A stretch of DNA of 56,871 nucleotides from Porticoccaceae bacterium (GCA_036275455.1 DASUDS010000015.1:1-56871); one strand, 5' to 3'; positions 1 to 10,419 are shown, numbered from the stretch's first letter. Numbers and translations: made by a program. Notes: a model not told the origin generated them from the sequence alone.

Positions 1-326
1 CCCATCGGCCCCTCGTCGCCGATGCGCAGCGTGCTCTTGCCGCGCGCGAGCTTGGCCGGGTGCAGGTCGGCAAAGTCCGCCGCGTGGCCCTCGCGGGTGT
101 GCAGCACCAGCAGCCCCGCCGCGCGCGCCGCGGCCAGCAGGCGCCGGCAGGGCTCGACCGCGCTGCGCAGGCGCGACACGTCGTTGCCCAGCATCGCGCC
201 GAACCCGCCGGGTTCGAGGAAGTCGCGCTGCATGTCGATCAGGATCAGCGCGGTGCTGGCCAGCCCAATGCGCAGGGGGTAGGGTTCGGCGGCGAGGGTG
301 ATCACGGCGGAAGGATCGATATTCAT
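1..326 (-). CDS. isochorismatase-family cysteine hydrolase (5' part; runs off window edge)
   Basis: Not in the ORF track because there is no stop in the window. The minus-strand ATG is the reverse complement of cat at 324-326. It translates to [51 protein letters not shown]...LVLHTREGH. The LILIDMQxDF motif and following pattern are typical of isochorismatase-like hydrolases. Confidence 0.8.
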   Translation of the reverse strand, partial: MNIDPSAVITLAAEPYPLRIGLASTALILIDMQRDFLEPGGFGAMLGNDVSRLRSAVEPCRRLLAAARAAGLLVLHTREGHAADFADLHPAKLARGKSTLRIGDEGPM

Positions 327-372
327 GACGGCGTGCCGATGCCTTGCATTTATCGAAGGAAGTCCTGAATAG

Positions 373-445
373 GTCGTCACCCCGGCGAAAGCCGGGGTCC
401 AGGCGCTTGATTTAACTGGATTCCGGCTTTCGCCGGAATGACGAA
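373..445. repeat. REP-like inverted pair of hairpin units
   Basis: Arm 1 (373-402) is gtcgtcaCCccggcgaaagccggGGtccag. The reverse complement of arm 2 (416-445) is tcgtcaTTccggcgaaagccggAAtccag. Each arm is itself a GC-rich stem-loop, and the two differences are compensatory within the stem. Confidence 0.7.
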
Positions 446-638
446 AGTCGACTTGTTCAGGGCTTCCGCACGTACTCAATATTCATGCCGGCCAGATCCG
501 CAACCGGCAACCGGTTGAAGAAAAAGAGAATCTGCCAGAGACGGAAAATGCGCTGCATAGCACAAGGTTGAAAAATGCACCACTTTAGCCGGATGCGCTG
601 TATACAATGGTGCGCAATCGGGTTTCGCCGCCTACGTG

Positions 639-1325
639 ATGAATGGATCACCAAGGATTTCCCCTGCCGATATCTATCTCCGCCTCAAGGAGATGATCCT
701 CAGTTTCGCGCTCTATCCCGGAGTGCGGGTCACGGAGACCGAGCTGGCCGATCACTTCGGCGTCAGCCGCACGCCGGTCCGGGAAGCCCTTCAGCGCCTT
801 GCCGCCGAGGGCTATCTGACCATCCGCCCGAAGCAGGGCTGTTTCGTACACGACATCGACCTGGACGTGATCAACCAGTATTACGAGGTTCGCATCGGCC
901 TCGAACTGCGCGCGCTCGACCTGCTGGGGCGGGCCGACTCCGCGCGCGAATTGAACAAGCTCGTCACGATCTGGGCACCGGAGCACATTCCCGCTCGGTC
1001 GCCGTCGGTTGCGGTCATGGTGACCCGGGATGAGGGTTTTCATCTGGCGTTGGCTGACGCGGCCGGCAATGCGGTGCTGGCGGGCTATCTGAAGGACGTC
1101 AACGACCACATCCACATCGTGCGCCGCCTCGACTTTACCGATCCGGAACGCATCGGGCCAACCTACCGGGAGCATCACGAGATTCTTCAGTGCCTGCTGA
1201 AGGGGGACGTCGATGGCGCCCGGGAGTTGCTCGAACGGCACATCCGGCGCAGCGCCGACGTCGCCAAGGCGATCACCCTGAGCCAGCTGGCGAGCCAGCG
1301 ATCCCGGGCATGGAAGCACCCCTGA
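639..1325 (+). CDS. GntR/FadR-family transcriptional regulator (FCD C-terminal domain)
   Basis: This is ORF 636..1325. The N-terminal winged-helix signature is ...LYPGVRVTETELADHFGVSRTPVREALQRLAAEGYL... The start is either ATG at 639 or GTG at 636. It is divergent from the hydrolase gene. Confidence 0.9.
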   Translation: MNGSPRISPADIYLRLKEMILSFALYPGVRVTETELADHFGVSRTPVREALQRLAAEGYLTIRPKQGCFVHDIDLDVINQYYEVRIGLELRALDLLGRADSARELNKLVTIWAPEHIPARSPSVAVMVTRDEGFHLALADAAGNAVLAGYLKDVNDHIHIVRRLDFTDPERIGPTYREHHEILQCLLKGDVDGARELLERHIRRSADVAKAITLSQLASQRSRAWKHP

Positions 1326-1338
1326 ACCCGGATTGGCG

Positions 1339-1923
1339 TCAGGGCCGCTCGAAACCCTGCCAGCGCTTGACCAGTCCGGCGGCCAGGTCCGGCAGGCCGA
1401 GATGGTCGAGGGTGCGGCCGACGGTGTGATCCACGAGGTCGGCGATGGTCGCGGGCGCGGTGTAGAAGGCCGGCGCGGGCGGTGCCACCAGGGCGCCCAT
1501 CTCGGTTACCGCGGTCATGTTGCGCAGATGCACCAGCGAGAGCGGCGTCTCCCGCGCCAGCAGCACCAGCCGGCGCCGTTCCTTGAGCATGACATCTGCG
1601 GCGCGGGTGACCAGATTGCTGGAAATGCCCTGGGCGATGGCGGCGAGGGTGTTCATCGAGCAGGGCGCGACCACCATGCCATCGACCGGAAACGAACCGC
1701 TGGCGATGGCGGCGCCGATCTCGCGATGGCCATGGTTGACCGCGGCCAGTGCCCGGAGCGCAGCGGGCTCCATGCCCAGCTCCTGGCGAATGGTGGCGGC
1801 CCCGGCGGGGGTGATGATGAGATGGGTTTCGACGCCGGTCTCCGGACGCAGCACCTGGAGCAGGCGCAGGCCGTAGATGGCGCCGGTGGCGCCGGTGATG
1901 GCGATGACGATTTTGCGCGACAT
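1339..1923 (-). CDS. ubiX: flavin prenyltransferase UbiX
   Basis: MSRKIVIAITGATGAIYGLRLLQVL...VVAPCSMNTLAAIAQGISSNLVTRAADVMLKERRRLVLLARETPL is a canonical UbiX/Pad1 sequence of 194 aa. Confidence 0.93.
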   Translation of the reverse strand: MSRKIVIAITGATGAIYGLRLLQVLRPETGVETHLIITPAGAATIRQELGMEPAALRALAAVNHGHREIGAAIASGSFPVDGMVVAPCSMNTLAAIAQGISSNLVTRAADVMLKERRRLVLLARETPLSLVHLRNMTAVTEMGALVAPPAPAFYTAPATIADLVDHTVGRTLDHLGLPDLAAGLVKRWQGFERP

Positions 1924-1984
1924 GGGTTCGGTGATCCGGGGCGTTGCGCCATTGTATCCCTGAGTCAGGGGTGCTCCGTTCTCC

Positions 1985-2092
1985 GCCTTCAGTCCGTCGC
2001 CTTCAGCCCGCCGCGATCAGTCCGCCACCATCAGTCCGCCACCTTCACACCTTCAGCCCGGCACCCGCCGCGATCAGTCCGCCACCGTCAGT
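1985..2092. repeat. degenerate tandem array (13-14 nt units, about 7-8 copies) containing the stop of the RND permease gene
   Basis: On the minus strand: cacTGAcggtggcgg / acTGAtcgcggcgggtgccggg / cTGAaggtg / TGAaggtggcgg / acTGAtggtggcgg / acTGAtcgcggcggg / cTGAaggcgacgg / acTGAaggcgg. The first copy is the real gene end (stop at 2088-2090). Confidence 0.75.
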
Positions 2093-5000
2093 GCACTGCG
2101 AACCAGTGCGGGTGGCGGGTCGCCAGCTGGTAATAGAGCGCGGGCAGCACCAGCAGGGTCAGGATCGTCGAGACGCTGGTGCCGAAGATGAGCGAGGTGG
2201 CCATCCCGGCGAACATCGGGTCGGTGTACATGATCAGCGTGCCCACGACCACGGTCGCGGCGGTGAGTACGATGGGCCGGAAGCGCACCGCGCCGGCCAG
2301 GCGCACGGCCTCTTCGAGCGGTTTGCCCTCGCGCTGATAGTCGCGGATGAAGTCGATGATCAGCAGCGAATTGCGGATCACCACCCCGGCCAGCGCCACG
2401 GTGCCGATCGCCGAGGCCATGCTGAAGGGAATGCCCACCAGCCAGTGGCCGGGAAAGACGCCGGCGAGCCCGAGGGGAATCGAAGTCATGGCCACCAGCG
2501 GGATGACGAAGGAGCGATAGGTGCCCACCAGCAGCAGGAAGATGAACAGCACCGCAACGCCCAGCACCACGGCCATTTCGCCCCAGGCATCCAGTGTCAG
2601 GCGCAGTTCGCCGTCCCACAGCAGCTTGTAGCCGTCGAGCGTCGAGGGCAGCACCGGCAACAGCGTGAGGTTGTCGGTATGCAGCACGTTGCCGTTGCCG
2701 AGGTCCAGGCCGTCGAGATCCTTATCCATGGCGAGGATGGCGTACACCGGCGCCGAGTCGGTGATTTCCGCGCCCACGTAGGTTACCCGCTCGTTGTCCT
2801 TGCGCAGGATGGGGCGATCGTGGCGGGTCTCCACCACGCGGGTCAGCTCCGAGAGCGGCACGCGGTCGCCGCGATCGTTGTCGACATGGATGCGATCCAG
2901 CAATGCCGGGTCGATGGCCAGCGCGCGCGGCACCTTGATGAGGATGGGCACCGGCGTCTTTTCGCCGGCGATATGGGCTTCGGACACCACGCGTCCGTCC
3001 ATCAGGCTTTGCAGGGTCTGCTCGATGGCGTGGGTGGTGACGCCGGAGAGCACGGCCTTTTCCTTGTCCACCTGGATGTCGAAACGGGGGATATCGGCGG
3101 ACTCGGTATCGTAGATATCGACCACCATGTAGCCCTGCTTGAAACGCTCCCGTACCTTGGCCGCGGCCTGGCGGAGTACCTCGGGGTCGGGGCCGTAGAT
3201 CTCGGCCAGTATCCGGGCGCGGGTCGGCGGCCCGGGCGGCGCCTCCACGAAGCGGACATCGAGGCCGGGGAACCGCTGCTTGATGGCTTCGGTTGCAGTG
3301 CGCAGCTCGGCGATCACGACCATCGACTTGGTCTTGCGGAGCTTCTTGTCGACCAGGTTGATGCTGATCTCGGCGACGTGCGGGCCGCGGCGATTGCTGT
3401 TGCCGCGGATCTGGCCGGCGAAATCGATCACCGCGGGGATGCCCACATAGGTCAGGTAATTGGCGACCAGCGGGTGCTCGCCGATCACCGCGCCGAACTC
3501 GCGCGCCACCCGGTCGGTGACTTCCACCGGGGTGTTTTCCGGCATGTCCAGGGTGATGTTGAAGGTGTTCTTGTCGTCCTTGGGCATGATCGCCAGCATC
3601 ACCCCGCCTGCGGACAGGGGGCCGTCCACGCCGGCGGGGCGGAGGAACTGCCAGGCCGGTTGCAGGAAGGACGCCAGGATCATCAGCACCGTCAGCGCAA
3701 ACAGGCCGTGGCGCAGGCGGGGGCGCTTCAGCAGGGGCGTGAGGATTCGCGCATAGGCCCGGTAGATCGGCGTGGCGTCGGGCGCCTCGACGACCGGCAC
3801 CACCCGGCCGTGCAGCCAGCGATGGCAGGTCCAGGGCACCACGATGTAGGCCACCAGCAGCGACAGCGCCATGGTCACCGGCACGTTGAAGGTGATCGGG
3901 TAGAAGAATTCGCCGTTCATGCCCGACACGATGCCGAGCGACGAAAACACCAGCACCACGGCGATGGTGGCCATGGTGGTGGGCGGGCCGATCTCGTTGG
4001 TGGCCTGCACCACCAGGGTGCGCGGATCGACACCAGGTGGCGGCTGCTGGTAATTGCGATAGATGTTTTCCAGGGTGACGATGCCGTCGTCGACGATCAT
4101 GCCCAGCGCCAGAATCAGCGCGAACAGCGACATCCGGTTGATGGTGGGGCCGATCAGCATGTCGATGGCCAAGGTCAGGCACAGGATCAGCGGCAGCTCG
4201 AAGGCGATGATCAGTCCGGCGCGCAGGCCGAGAAAGGGCAGCAGCACCAGGATCACGGCGCTGATGGCGATGCCCAGTTCGCCGATCACCTTGTTGACGG
4301 TATCGTCGGCGATCACGCCATCGTTGCGGGTGGTGACCACGCGCACTGCGGCCGGGATGAACTGTTCCTGCATCTGGCGGACCCTGGCGAGCACGTCGTC
4401 GGCCACGAATACCGCGTTCTTGTTGGTCTTTTTCGCCACCGAAAGGGTGACGGCGGGCATTTCGCCGAGCGCCCTGGCGTGCTCCGGGTCTCCGGCGCCA
4501 TAGCTGAACCGGGTGAGACTGGCGCGCTCCCGGGCGGGGCCGTCGAACACCTCGGCGACGTCGTCGACATAGATCAGCTGGCCGTCGTGGGCGCCCAGGG
4601 CCAGGCGTCGCACCGCCTCGACCGAGGTCAGTTCGCCGCGCAGATTGACCAGCAGATTGTTACCGCCGCGCACCGTGTTGCCGACCACCGCCGCCACGTT
4701 GCTCGCCTCGAGCATGGCAATGCCCTGGTTCATCGTCAGGCCGAAGGCCTCCAGCCGCGCGGGGTCGAGCTCGATGCGCAGCTCGCGGCTGCGGCCACCG
4801 TGGAGCTCGGTGACCGATACCTCTTCGATGGTGCTCAGGCGCTCCTTCATGCGCTCGGCCAGGCGCCGCAACGCGTAGTCGTCGTAGGTCTCGGAAGTGA
4901 GCGTGACGTTGACGATGGGCACGTCGTCGACGTCGACGCGGCGCACCAGCGGCAGCCCGGTGTCCGGCGGCAGCAGGTGCTGATGGCTCATCACGCGCTG

Positions 5001-5357
5001 GTAGACGCGCACCATGGCATCGTCCTTGTCCACGCCGACGTCGAATTGCACGCTGATCTGGCCGAGGCCGTGGGCGGCGACGGCGTAGGTGTGATCGACC
5101 TCCTCGATCTCGCGCAGCACGCCCTCCATGGGCGCGACCACGAGCTGCTCCACATCGGCCGCCGCGCGGCCCGGGATGCGGTAGGTGATCTCGGCGCCGG
5201 GCACCACGATCTGCGGGTTTTCCTCCCGCGGCGTCAGCACGGCGGCGATGGCGCCCACCACCAGGCAGAAGACGATGAATACCGGGGTGAGTTTGGAATC
5301 GACGAAGTAGTCGGTCAGCCGCCCGGCGGAATTGAGCCCCTGCCTGGACATCACCAC
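2088..5357 (-). CDS. efflux RND transporter permease subunit (AcrB/HAE family)
   Basis: The 1089-aa ORF has a typical RND N-terminus (FVDSKLTPVFIVFCLVVGAIAAVLTPREENPQIVVP), two large periplasmic loops and 12 TM-type segments. It sits directly downstream of an adaptor gene. Confidence 0.93.
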   Translation of the reverse strand: MVMSRQGLNSAGRLTDYFVDSKLTPVFIVFCLVVGAIAAVLTPREENPQIVVPGAEITYRIPGRAAADVEQLVVAPMEGVLREIEEVDHTYAVAAHGLGQISVQFDVGVDKDDAMVRVYQRVMSHQHLLPPDTGLPLVRRVDVDDVPIVNVTLTSETYDDYALRRLAERMKERLSTIEEVSVTELHGGRSRELRIELDPARLEAFGLTMNQGIAMLEASNVAAVVGNTVRGGNNLLVNLRGELTSVEAVRRLALGAHDGQLIYVDDVAEVFDGPARERASLTRFSYGAGDPEHARALGEMPAVTLSVAKKTNKNAVFVADDVLARVRQMQEQFIPAAVRVVTTRNDGVIADDTVNKVIGELGIAISAVILVLLPFLGLRAGLIIAFELPLILCLTLAIDMLIGPTINRMSLFALILALGMIVDDGIVTLENIYRNYQQPPPGVDPRTLVVQATNEIGPPTTMATIAVVLVFSSLGIVSGMNGEFFYPITFNVPVTMALSLLVAYIVVPWTCHRWLHGRVVPVVEAPDATPIYRAYARILTPLLKRPRLRHGLFALTVLMILASFLQPAWQFLRPAGVDGPLSAGGVMLAIMPKDDKNTFNITLDMPENTPVEVTDRVAREFGAVIGEHPLVANYLTYVGIPAVIDFAGQIRGNSNRRGPHVAEISINLVDKKLRKTKSMVVIAELRTATEAIKQRFPGLDVRFVEAPPGPPTRARILAEIYGPDPEVLRQAAAKVRERFKQGYMVVDIYDTESADIPRFDIQVDKEKAVLSGVTTHAIEQTLQSLMDGRVVSEAHIAGEKTPVPILIKVPRALAIDPALLDRIHVDNDRGDRVPLSELTRVVETRHDRPILRKDNERVTYVGAEITDSAPVYAILAMDKDLDGLDLGNGNVLHTDNLTLLPVLPSTLDGYKLLWDGELRLTLDAWGEMAVVLGVAVLFIFLLLVGTYRSFVIPLVAMTSIPLGLAGVFPGHWLVGIPFSMASAIGTVALAGVVIRNSLLIIDFIRDYQREGKPLEEAVRLAGAVRFRPIVLTAATVVVGTLIMYTDPMFAGMATSLIFGTSVSTILTLLVLPALYYQLATRHPHWFAVH

Positions 5358-5396
5358 CTCGCCGCGGGTTGCCGCGCGATCACGGGGCGCATTACC

Positions 5397-6485
5397 TCAG
5401 CGGCTCCCGGTCGGAGCAGCGAGCAGATCGCCGTCCTTCACCGTGGCAGTGACCTGCGCCAGCAGGGTTTCGCCGGCGTCGAGACCGGCGGTGATCTCGG
5501 TCCGCTCCCGATGCTCGGCACCGGTGCGCACCCAGCGAAAGCGCAGCACGCCAGCTTCGCCCACGACGAACACACCGGTCAGCCCGCCGCGCTCGGCGAG
5601 CGCCGCCGGAGGTATCAGAATCCCGGCGCGCGTACCCACGGTGAAGACGCTGCGACCGAACATGCCGGGCACCAGGCCCTGGGGGTCGGCGAGGCTGATC
5701 TTGACCAGATAGCGCCGGGTGACCGGGTTGCCGGACGACACCAGCCGCACCACCTCGCCGCCGTAGTCGGTACCGGTGGCGTCGATCTGCACGGTCACCG
5801 GATCGCCCAGCCGCACGTGGCCGAGCTGGCTTTCGGCGATGAAGGTCTCAAAGAGCAGAGCGGTGTCCGATTCCACGGTGACGATGGGTGCCCCGGGGGT
5901 TACCAGATCGCCGCTGCGCGCCGGGCGGGCCACCACCACGCCGGCCACCGGGCTCAGGATTTCGGTGTAGCGCAGCTCGGCGCGCGCCGCACTCAGGGCG
6001 GCCCGCGTCGCGTCCAGCTCCTTGGTGGCCACTTCGTGGGCCAGCCTGGCCTTGCGCAGTGCCGCCGCCGACACCACGCCCTTGGCGAACAGTTCCTCGG
6101 CATCCTGGAGATCCTTGCCGGCATCGAGCTGGGCCGCGGCCGCGCGGTCACGGTTCGCTTCCGCCTGGCGGATGGCGCCGCTGACGTCCTGACTGTCGAG
6201 GGTGGCGATGCGCTGGCCGCGTGCCACCCGTTCGCCCTCGCGGACTTCCAGGCTGCGCAGATAGGCAGCGATGCGCGAGCTGATCTCCACGCGCTCGTCC
6301 GAGACCACGGTGCCGGTGGTGGTGTAGTGGATCGGCAGGCTCTGGCTGGCGGCGACCAGCGTGGGCAGCGGGTGACTGGCGACGGGCGGCTGTGACGCCG
6401 GTGCCGGGTCGCGCCCGCAACCGGCCAGCGCTGCCAGCAGCAGGCCCGCGACGCTAGTCCGGGCGAGGATGGATGAGCGGATCAA
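5397..6485 (-). CDS. efflux RND transporter periplasmic adaptor (MFP/HlyD family) lipoprotein
   Basis: 362 aa with a lipobox in MIRSSILARTSVAGLLLAALAGCG. It has coiled-coil and beta-barrel adaptor-like sequence and lies upstream of the RND permease. No outer-membrane factor gene is present in the window. Confidence 0.88.
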   Translation of the reverse strand: MIRSSILARTSVAGLLLAALAGCGRDPAPASQPPVASHPLPTLVAASQSLPIHYTTTGTVVSDERVEISSRIAAYLRSLEVREGERVARGQRIATLDSQDVSGAIRQAEANRDRAAAAQLDAGKDLQDAEELFAKGVVSAAALRKARLAHEVATKELDATRAALSAARAELRYTEILSPVAGVVVARPARSGDLVTPGAPIVTVESDTALLFETFIAESQLGHVRLGDPVTVQIDATGTDYGGEVVRLVSSGNPVTRRYLVKISLADPQGLVPGMFGRSVFTVGTRAGILIPPAALAERGGLTGVFVVGEAGVLRFRWVRTGAEHRERTEITAGLDAGETLLAQVTATVKDGDLLAAPTGSR

Positions 6486-6569
6486 ACGCGAGTCCCTCGG
6501 GTCATGCCGTGCGCCGGGCGGCGAGTATAGAAGACCGCGATGGGTCGGGAAAAACCCGTCAAGGTCTTC

Positions 6570-6623
6570 CGGCAGAAAGCTGCCGCAGAAACCTGTCGCA
6601 GAAAGCTGTCGCAGAAAGCCCTG
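6570..6623. repeat. 13-14 nt x4 tandem repeat downstream of the LLM gene
   Basis: ggcagaaagctgcc / gcagaaacctgtc / gcagaaagctgtc / gcagaaagccctg. Confidence 0.7.
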
Positions 6624-6630
6624 ACGACGA

Positions 6631-7758
6631 TCAAGTGCCGAAATTCGGCAGCACCCGCCGCGCGAACAGATCGACGCTGTGCAGCAGCTTCTGCGGTTCC
6701 AGAATGCCCTGCGGAATCAGCAGAAAGACTTCGTCCAGCGGGATCTTGCCGGCGACTTCGGCGATGCGGCGGTTGAGGGTATCCGGGCTGCCGACCAGCA
6801 GTTCCGGGAAACCCTGGCCGAAGGGCATCATCCACTGCTCCCAGAGCCAGGCCATCTCGCCGTACCACTCGCGCGCCTGGGCATCGGTCTCCGCGCACAC
6901 CATGATGCCGCCCCAGCAGGCCTGGTCGCCGGGGCGATGGGCGACGCCGTGGCGGTCGGCCTCTGCGCTCCACTCCTGCCACAGCAGCTGCAGGAAGTCG
7001 AGGTCGCTGGCGAGCACGATCGGGCGGCCCTTGTGCCGTGCCCAGAACTTGGCCGAGCGCAGGCTGTGGGAGAAGCCGCCGTAGAGCGGGATTTCCGCCT
7101 GCAGCGGCCGCGGCGCGATGCCGATGCGCTCGATCGCCATGTCCGCGGTCACCCCCTGACCATAGCGGTGATATACCGGGTGCGGGTGGGGGTTGTGAAA
7201 GCCCGGCACCGGGAACTGCCAATAGTTGCCGGCATGGCTGAAGGTGTCTTCGCGCAGCGCCTTCAGCACCACCTCGACGAACTCGGCGAAGTATTCGCGA
7301 TTGGCTTCGTCGGCTGCGCTGCCCTTGTTCCAGGGGCCCACCGCGGTCAGTTCCGGGCGGATCTTGAAGTGCTCCACCCAGCGCGCCTGGTAGCCGCGCA
7401 CCAGCCCGACCCCCAGCCGTCCGCCCAGCATGCAGTCGAGGGTGGCGATCTTCTCGGCGGTGACCAGCGGGTTGTTGGTGGTGGACACGAAGCCGCAGGG
7501 GATGATGCGCAGGCGCTCGCTGTGCCGGCCCAGCCACATCGCCATCAGGCCGGGGTCGTTGGCGGCCTCGAAACCCTCGATCTGCAAATGGTGCTCGGGA
7601 TGGCCGAAGCCGAAGTAGCCGGCGCCGTCGGCAAGGCGTGCGAGTTCGGCGATCTCGTCGAGCATGCGCCGGTAGCGCCGGGCATCCTTGCCCGCCATCC
7701 CGGCTTCGAGTTCGGCGCGGCGGCCGACGGTGCCGTAGATGAACAGATTGAATTGCAT
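6631..7758 (-). CDS. LLM-class (luciferase-like) flavin-dependent oxidoreductase
   Basis: 375 aa. MQFNLFIYG...FGFGHPEHHLQIEGFEAANDPGLMAMWLG...LGVGLVRGY resembles bacterial luciferase-like monooxygenases. It is the last gene of a minus-strand trio with a flavin reductase. Confidence 0.8.
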   Translation of the reverse strand: MQFNLFIYGTVGRRAELEAGMAGKDARRYRRMLDEIAELARLADGAGYFGFGHPEHHLQIEGFEAANDPGLMAMWLGRHSERLRIIPCGFVSTTNNPLVTAEKIATLDCMLGGRLGVGLVRGYQARWVEHFKIRPELTAVGPWNKGSAADEANREYFAEFVEVVLKALREDTFSHAGNYWQFPVPGFHNPHPHPVYHRYGQGVTADMAIERIGIAPRPLQAEIPLYGGFSHSLRSAKFWARHKGRPIVLASDLDFLQLLWQEWSAEADRHGVAHRPGDQACWGGIMVCAETDAQAREWYGEMAWLWEQWMMPFGQGFPELLVGSPDTLNRRIAEVAGKIPLDEVFLLIPQGILEPQKLLHSVDLFARRVLPNFGT

Positions 7759-7824
7759 CGCGCTCGCCTCGTTGGGGTGGTTATGGTGGCGAGGAGGAGG
7801 GTGGCGATCGACCTTGCGCGCTGG

Positions 7825-7851
7825 CGTCGACTTCAGGCGTTGACGTCGACT

Positions 7852-7870
<19 letters not shown>
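7825..7870. repeat. 19-nt tandem duplication of the 3' end (with stop) of the acuI-like gene
   Basis: cgtcgacttcaggcgttga occurs at 7825-7843 and again at 7844-7862, followed by cgtccacc. The real stop tca is at 7852-7854 and the copy is at 7833-7835. Confidence 0.85.
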
Positions 7871-8850
<980 letters not shown>

Positions 8851-8873
8851 GGCATGGTCTCCGGCGGCCAGCG

Positions 8874-9350
8874 TCAGACGACGATCTTGGCGTACTTGCC
8901 CTTGTAGAACCCGAGCGGTTCGCGGTCCTTGGCGTCCATCTCGTGCACGCGGCCGACGATGATGATGTGGTCGCCGCCCTCGTGAAGGTGTTCGGTGGTG
9001 CACTCGAAGCGCACGCTGTAATCCTCGAGCAGCGGCGCACCGCCGGCATTCTCGTGCCACGCGAGGCTGGCGAACTTGTCGGCTTCCTTGGTGGCGAACA
9101 GGCGGCTGATGTTTTCCTGGCCGGAATGCAGGATATGGATGGCAAAGTGCCTGGCCTGCATGAAGGCGTCGAAACAGTTGGCGGTCTTGGCCACGCTCCA
9201 CAGCACCAGCGGGGGGTCCAGCGATACCGAGGAGAAGCTGTTGGCGGTGGCGCCCACCGGCTTGCCGTCGGCGTCCTTGGCGGTGACCACGGTGACGCCG
9301 GTGGCAAAGGCGCCCAGGGCATCCCGGAATTGGCGTTGGTCCAGACTCAT
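8874..9350 (-). CDS. flavin reductase family protein (NAD(P)H-flavin oxidoreductase component)
   Basis: MSLDQRQFRDALGAFATGVTVVTAKDADGKPVGATANSFSSVSLDPPLVLWSV... is the HpaC/flavin reductase-like domain. A GAGGA Shine-Dalgarno lies 7 nt upstream of the ATG at 9350. Confidence 0.88.
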   Translation of the reverse strand: MSLDQRQFRDALGAFATGVTVVTAKDADGKPVGATANSFSSVSLDPPLVLWSVAKTANCFDAFMQARHFAIHILHSGQENISRLFATKEADKFASLAWHENAGGAPLLEDYSVRFECTTEHLHEGGDHIIIVGRVHEMDAKDREPLGFYKGKYAKIVV

Positions 9351-9563
9351 TGCACATGTCCTCATGTAGGCGGGAATGGAAGGAAAATAATCGGGGTGAG
9401 ACAACGTCGGCGCGCGGCGCTTGTCTCCGGGTCGGCGCAGCAATCCGCTGCCGCCCGGATTGAGTAGTGGCCGGGGCGCGCCGGTCGCTGCGGCGCGCCC
9501 GTCAGCGCGATCAGCGGGGCCAGCTCGATCAGCGACGCAATGTAGCACAGCGCCAGTAGGCGA

Positions 9564-10199
9564 TCAGCCGTTGGCCTGCACTGCGGGCCGCGCGGCGATG
9601 CGCTGGTACCAGGCCCGGAGATGTACGCAGTCGGCGGGAATTTCGGCCTTGATCCACTTGGCGAAGTCGCAGGTGACCAGGGTGGTGATGTCGGCCATTG
9701 AGTAGAAATCGCCGGCGACGTATTCGTGATCCTGGAGCTGCTGGTCGAAGTCGGTGAAGAAATTGGCCACCCGGGCGCGGCCGCGCTCCGCCAGTTCCGC
9801 CGACTGCGGATAGGCGTGGGGGCCGACCACGGCACGGTTGGCGAAGCCCTTGGCGGTGTTGCGGAACACCTCGGCCACCGCCAGCAGACCGTTCATGAAC
9901 GCCAGGTGCTCCCACATCTCGCACAGCGCTTTTTGCTTGGGGGTGCTGCCCAGCAACGGCGTGGCGGGATGGATTTCCTCGAAGTAGCGGCAGATGGCGC
10001 GGATCTGGCTGATGCAGGTGCCGTCGTCCAGTTCGAGCATGGGAATGTCGCAGGCGGGATTCTTGGCGCGGTACTCGGGAGCGAGTTGTTCGCCTTTCAT
10101 CAGATCGACCGGCACCCGCGCCACGCTGATGCCTTTTTCGGCCAGAAAGATATTGACGCGGCGGGGGTTGGGCGCCTGCGGATAGTCGTAGAGTTTCAT
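9564..10199 (-). CDS. glutathione S-transferase
   Basis: 211 aa. MKLYDYPQAPNPRRVNIFLAEKGI...EYRAKNPACDIPMLELDDG is the GST N-terminal thioredoxin-like fold, followed by a helical C-terminal domain. Confidence 0.88.
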   Translation of the reverse strand: MKLYDYPQAPNPRRVNIFLAEKGISVARVPVDLMKGEQLAPEYRAKNPACDIPMLELDDGTCISQIRAICRYFEEIHPATPLLGSTPKQKALCEMWEHLAFMNGLLAVAEVFRNTAKGFANRAVVGPHAYPQSAELAERGRARVANFFTDFDQQLQDHEYVAGDFYSMADITTLVTCDFAKWIKAEIPADCVHLRAWYQRIAARPAVQANG

Positions 10200-10215
10200 C
10201 TGGGCTTATCCTCTT

Positions 10216-10300
10216 GGTGATGATTGCTGAAAATGTATAGTTACTGGAAATGATGGTTGCCGGAAATGATGATCACTGGAAATGATGGCTGCTGGAGATC
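10216..10300. repeat. 16-nt x5 degenerate tandem array in the GST 5' leader
   Basis: On the minus strand: cagcagccatcatttc / cagtgatcatcatttc / cggcaaccatcatttc / cagtaactatacatttt / cagcaatcatcaccaagagga-ATG. This is locally the lowest-GC stretch. Confidence 0.75.
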
Positions 10301-10419
10301 GTTGCTGCGCGGAACCGTTGGGCGGCAGACCGGCGCCGGGCGACTGCGTCGCATGGTAGCAGCGGCCATCCCCTTCGCACACGCGTCCGACAGGATGAAA
10401 AACCCCGGCGTTGCGCACC

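Noticed and set aside
577-613. The inverted hexamers gcacca ... tggtgc upstream of the GntR gene as a possible operator.
   Set aside because: They are only 6 bp each and 25 nt apart. That is within chance expectation, and the spacing is atypical for FadR/GntR operators.
1944-6395. A 1483-aa plus-strand ORF, the longest in the window.
   Set aside because: It lies exactly antisense to the RND permease and adaptor genes. Its translation is Arg/Gly/His/Asp-rich low-complexity sequence with no recognisable motif. This is a typical shadow ORF of a GC-rich genome, whereas the minus-strand products have clear RND and MFP signatures.
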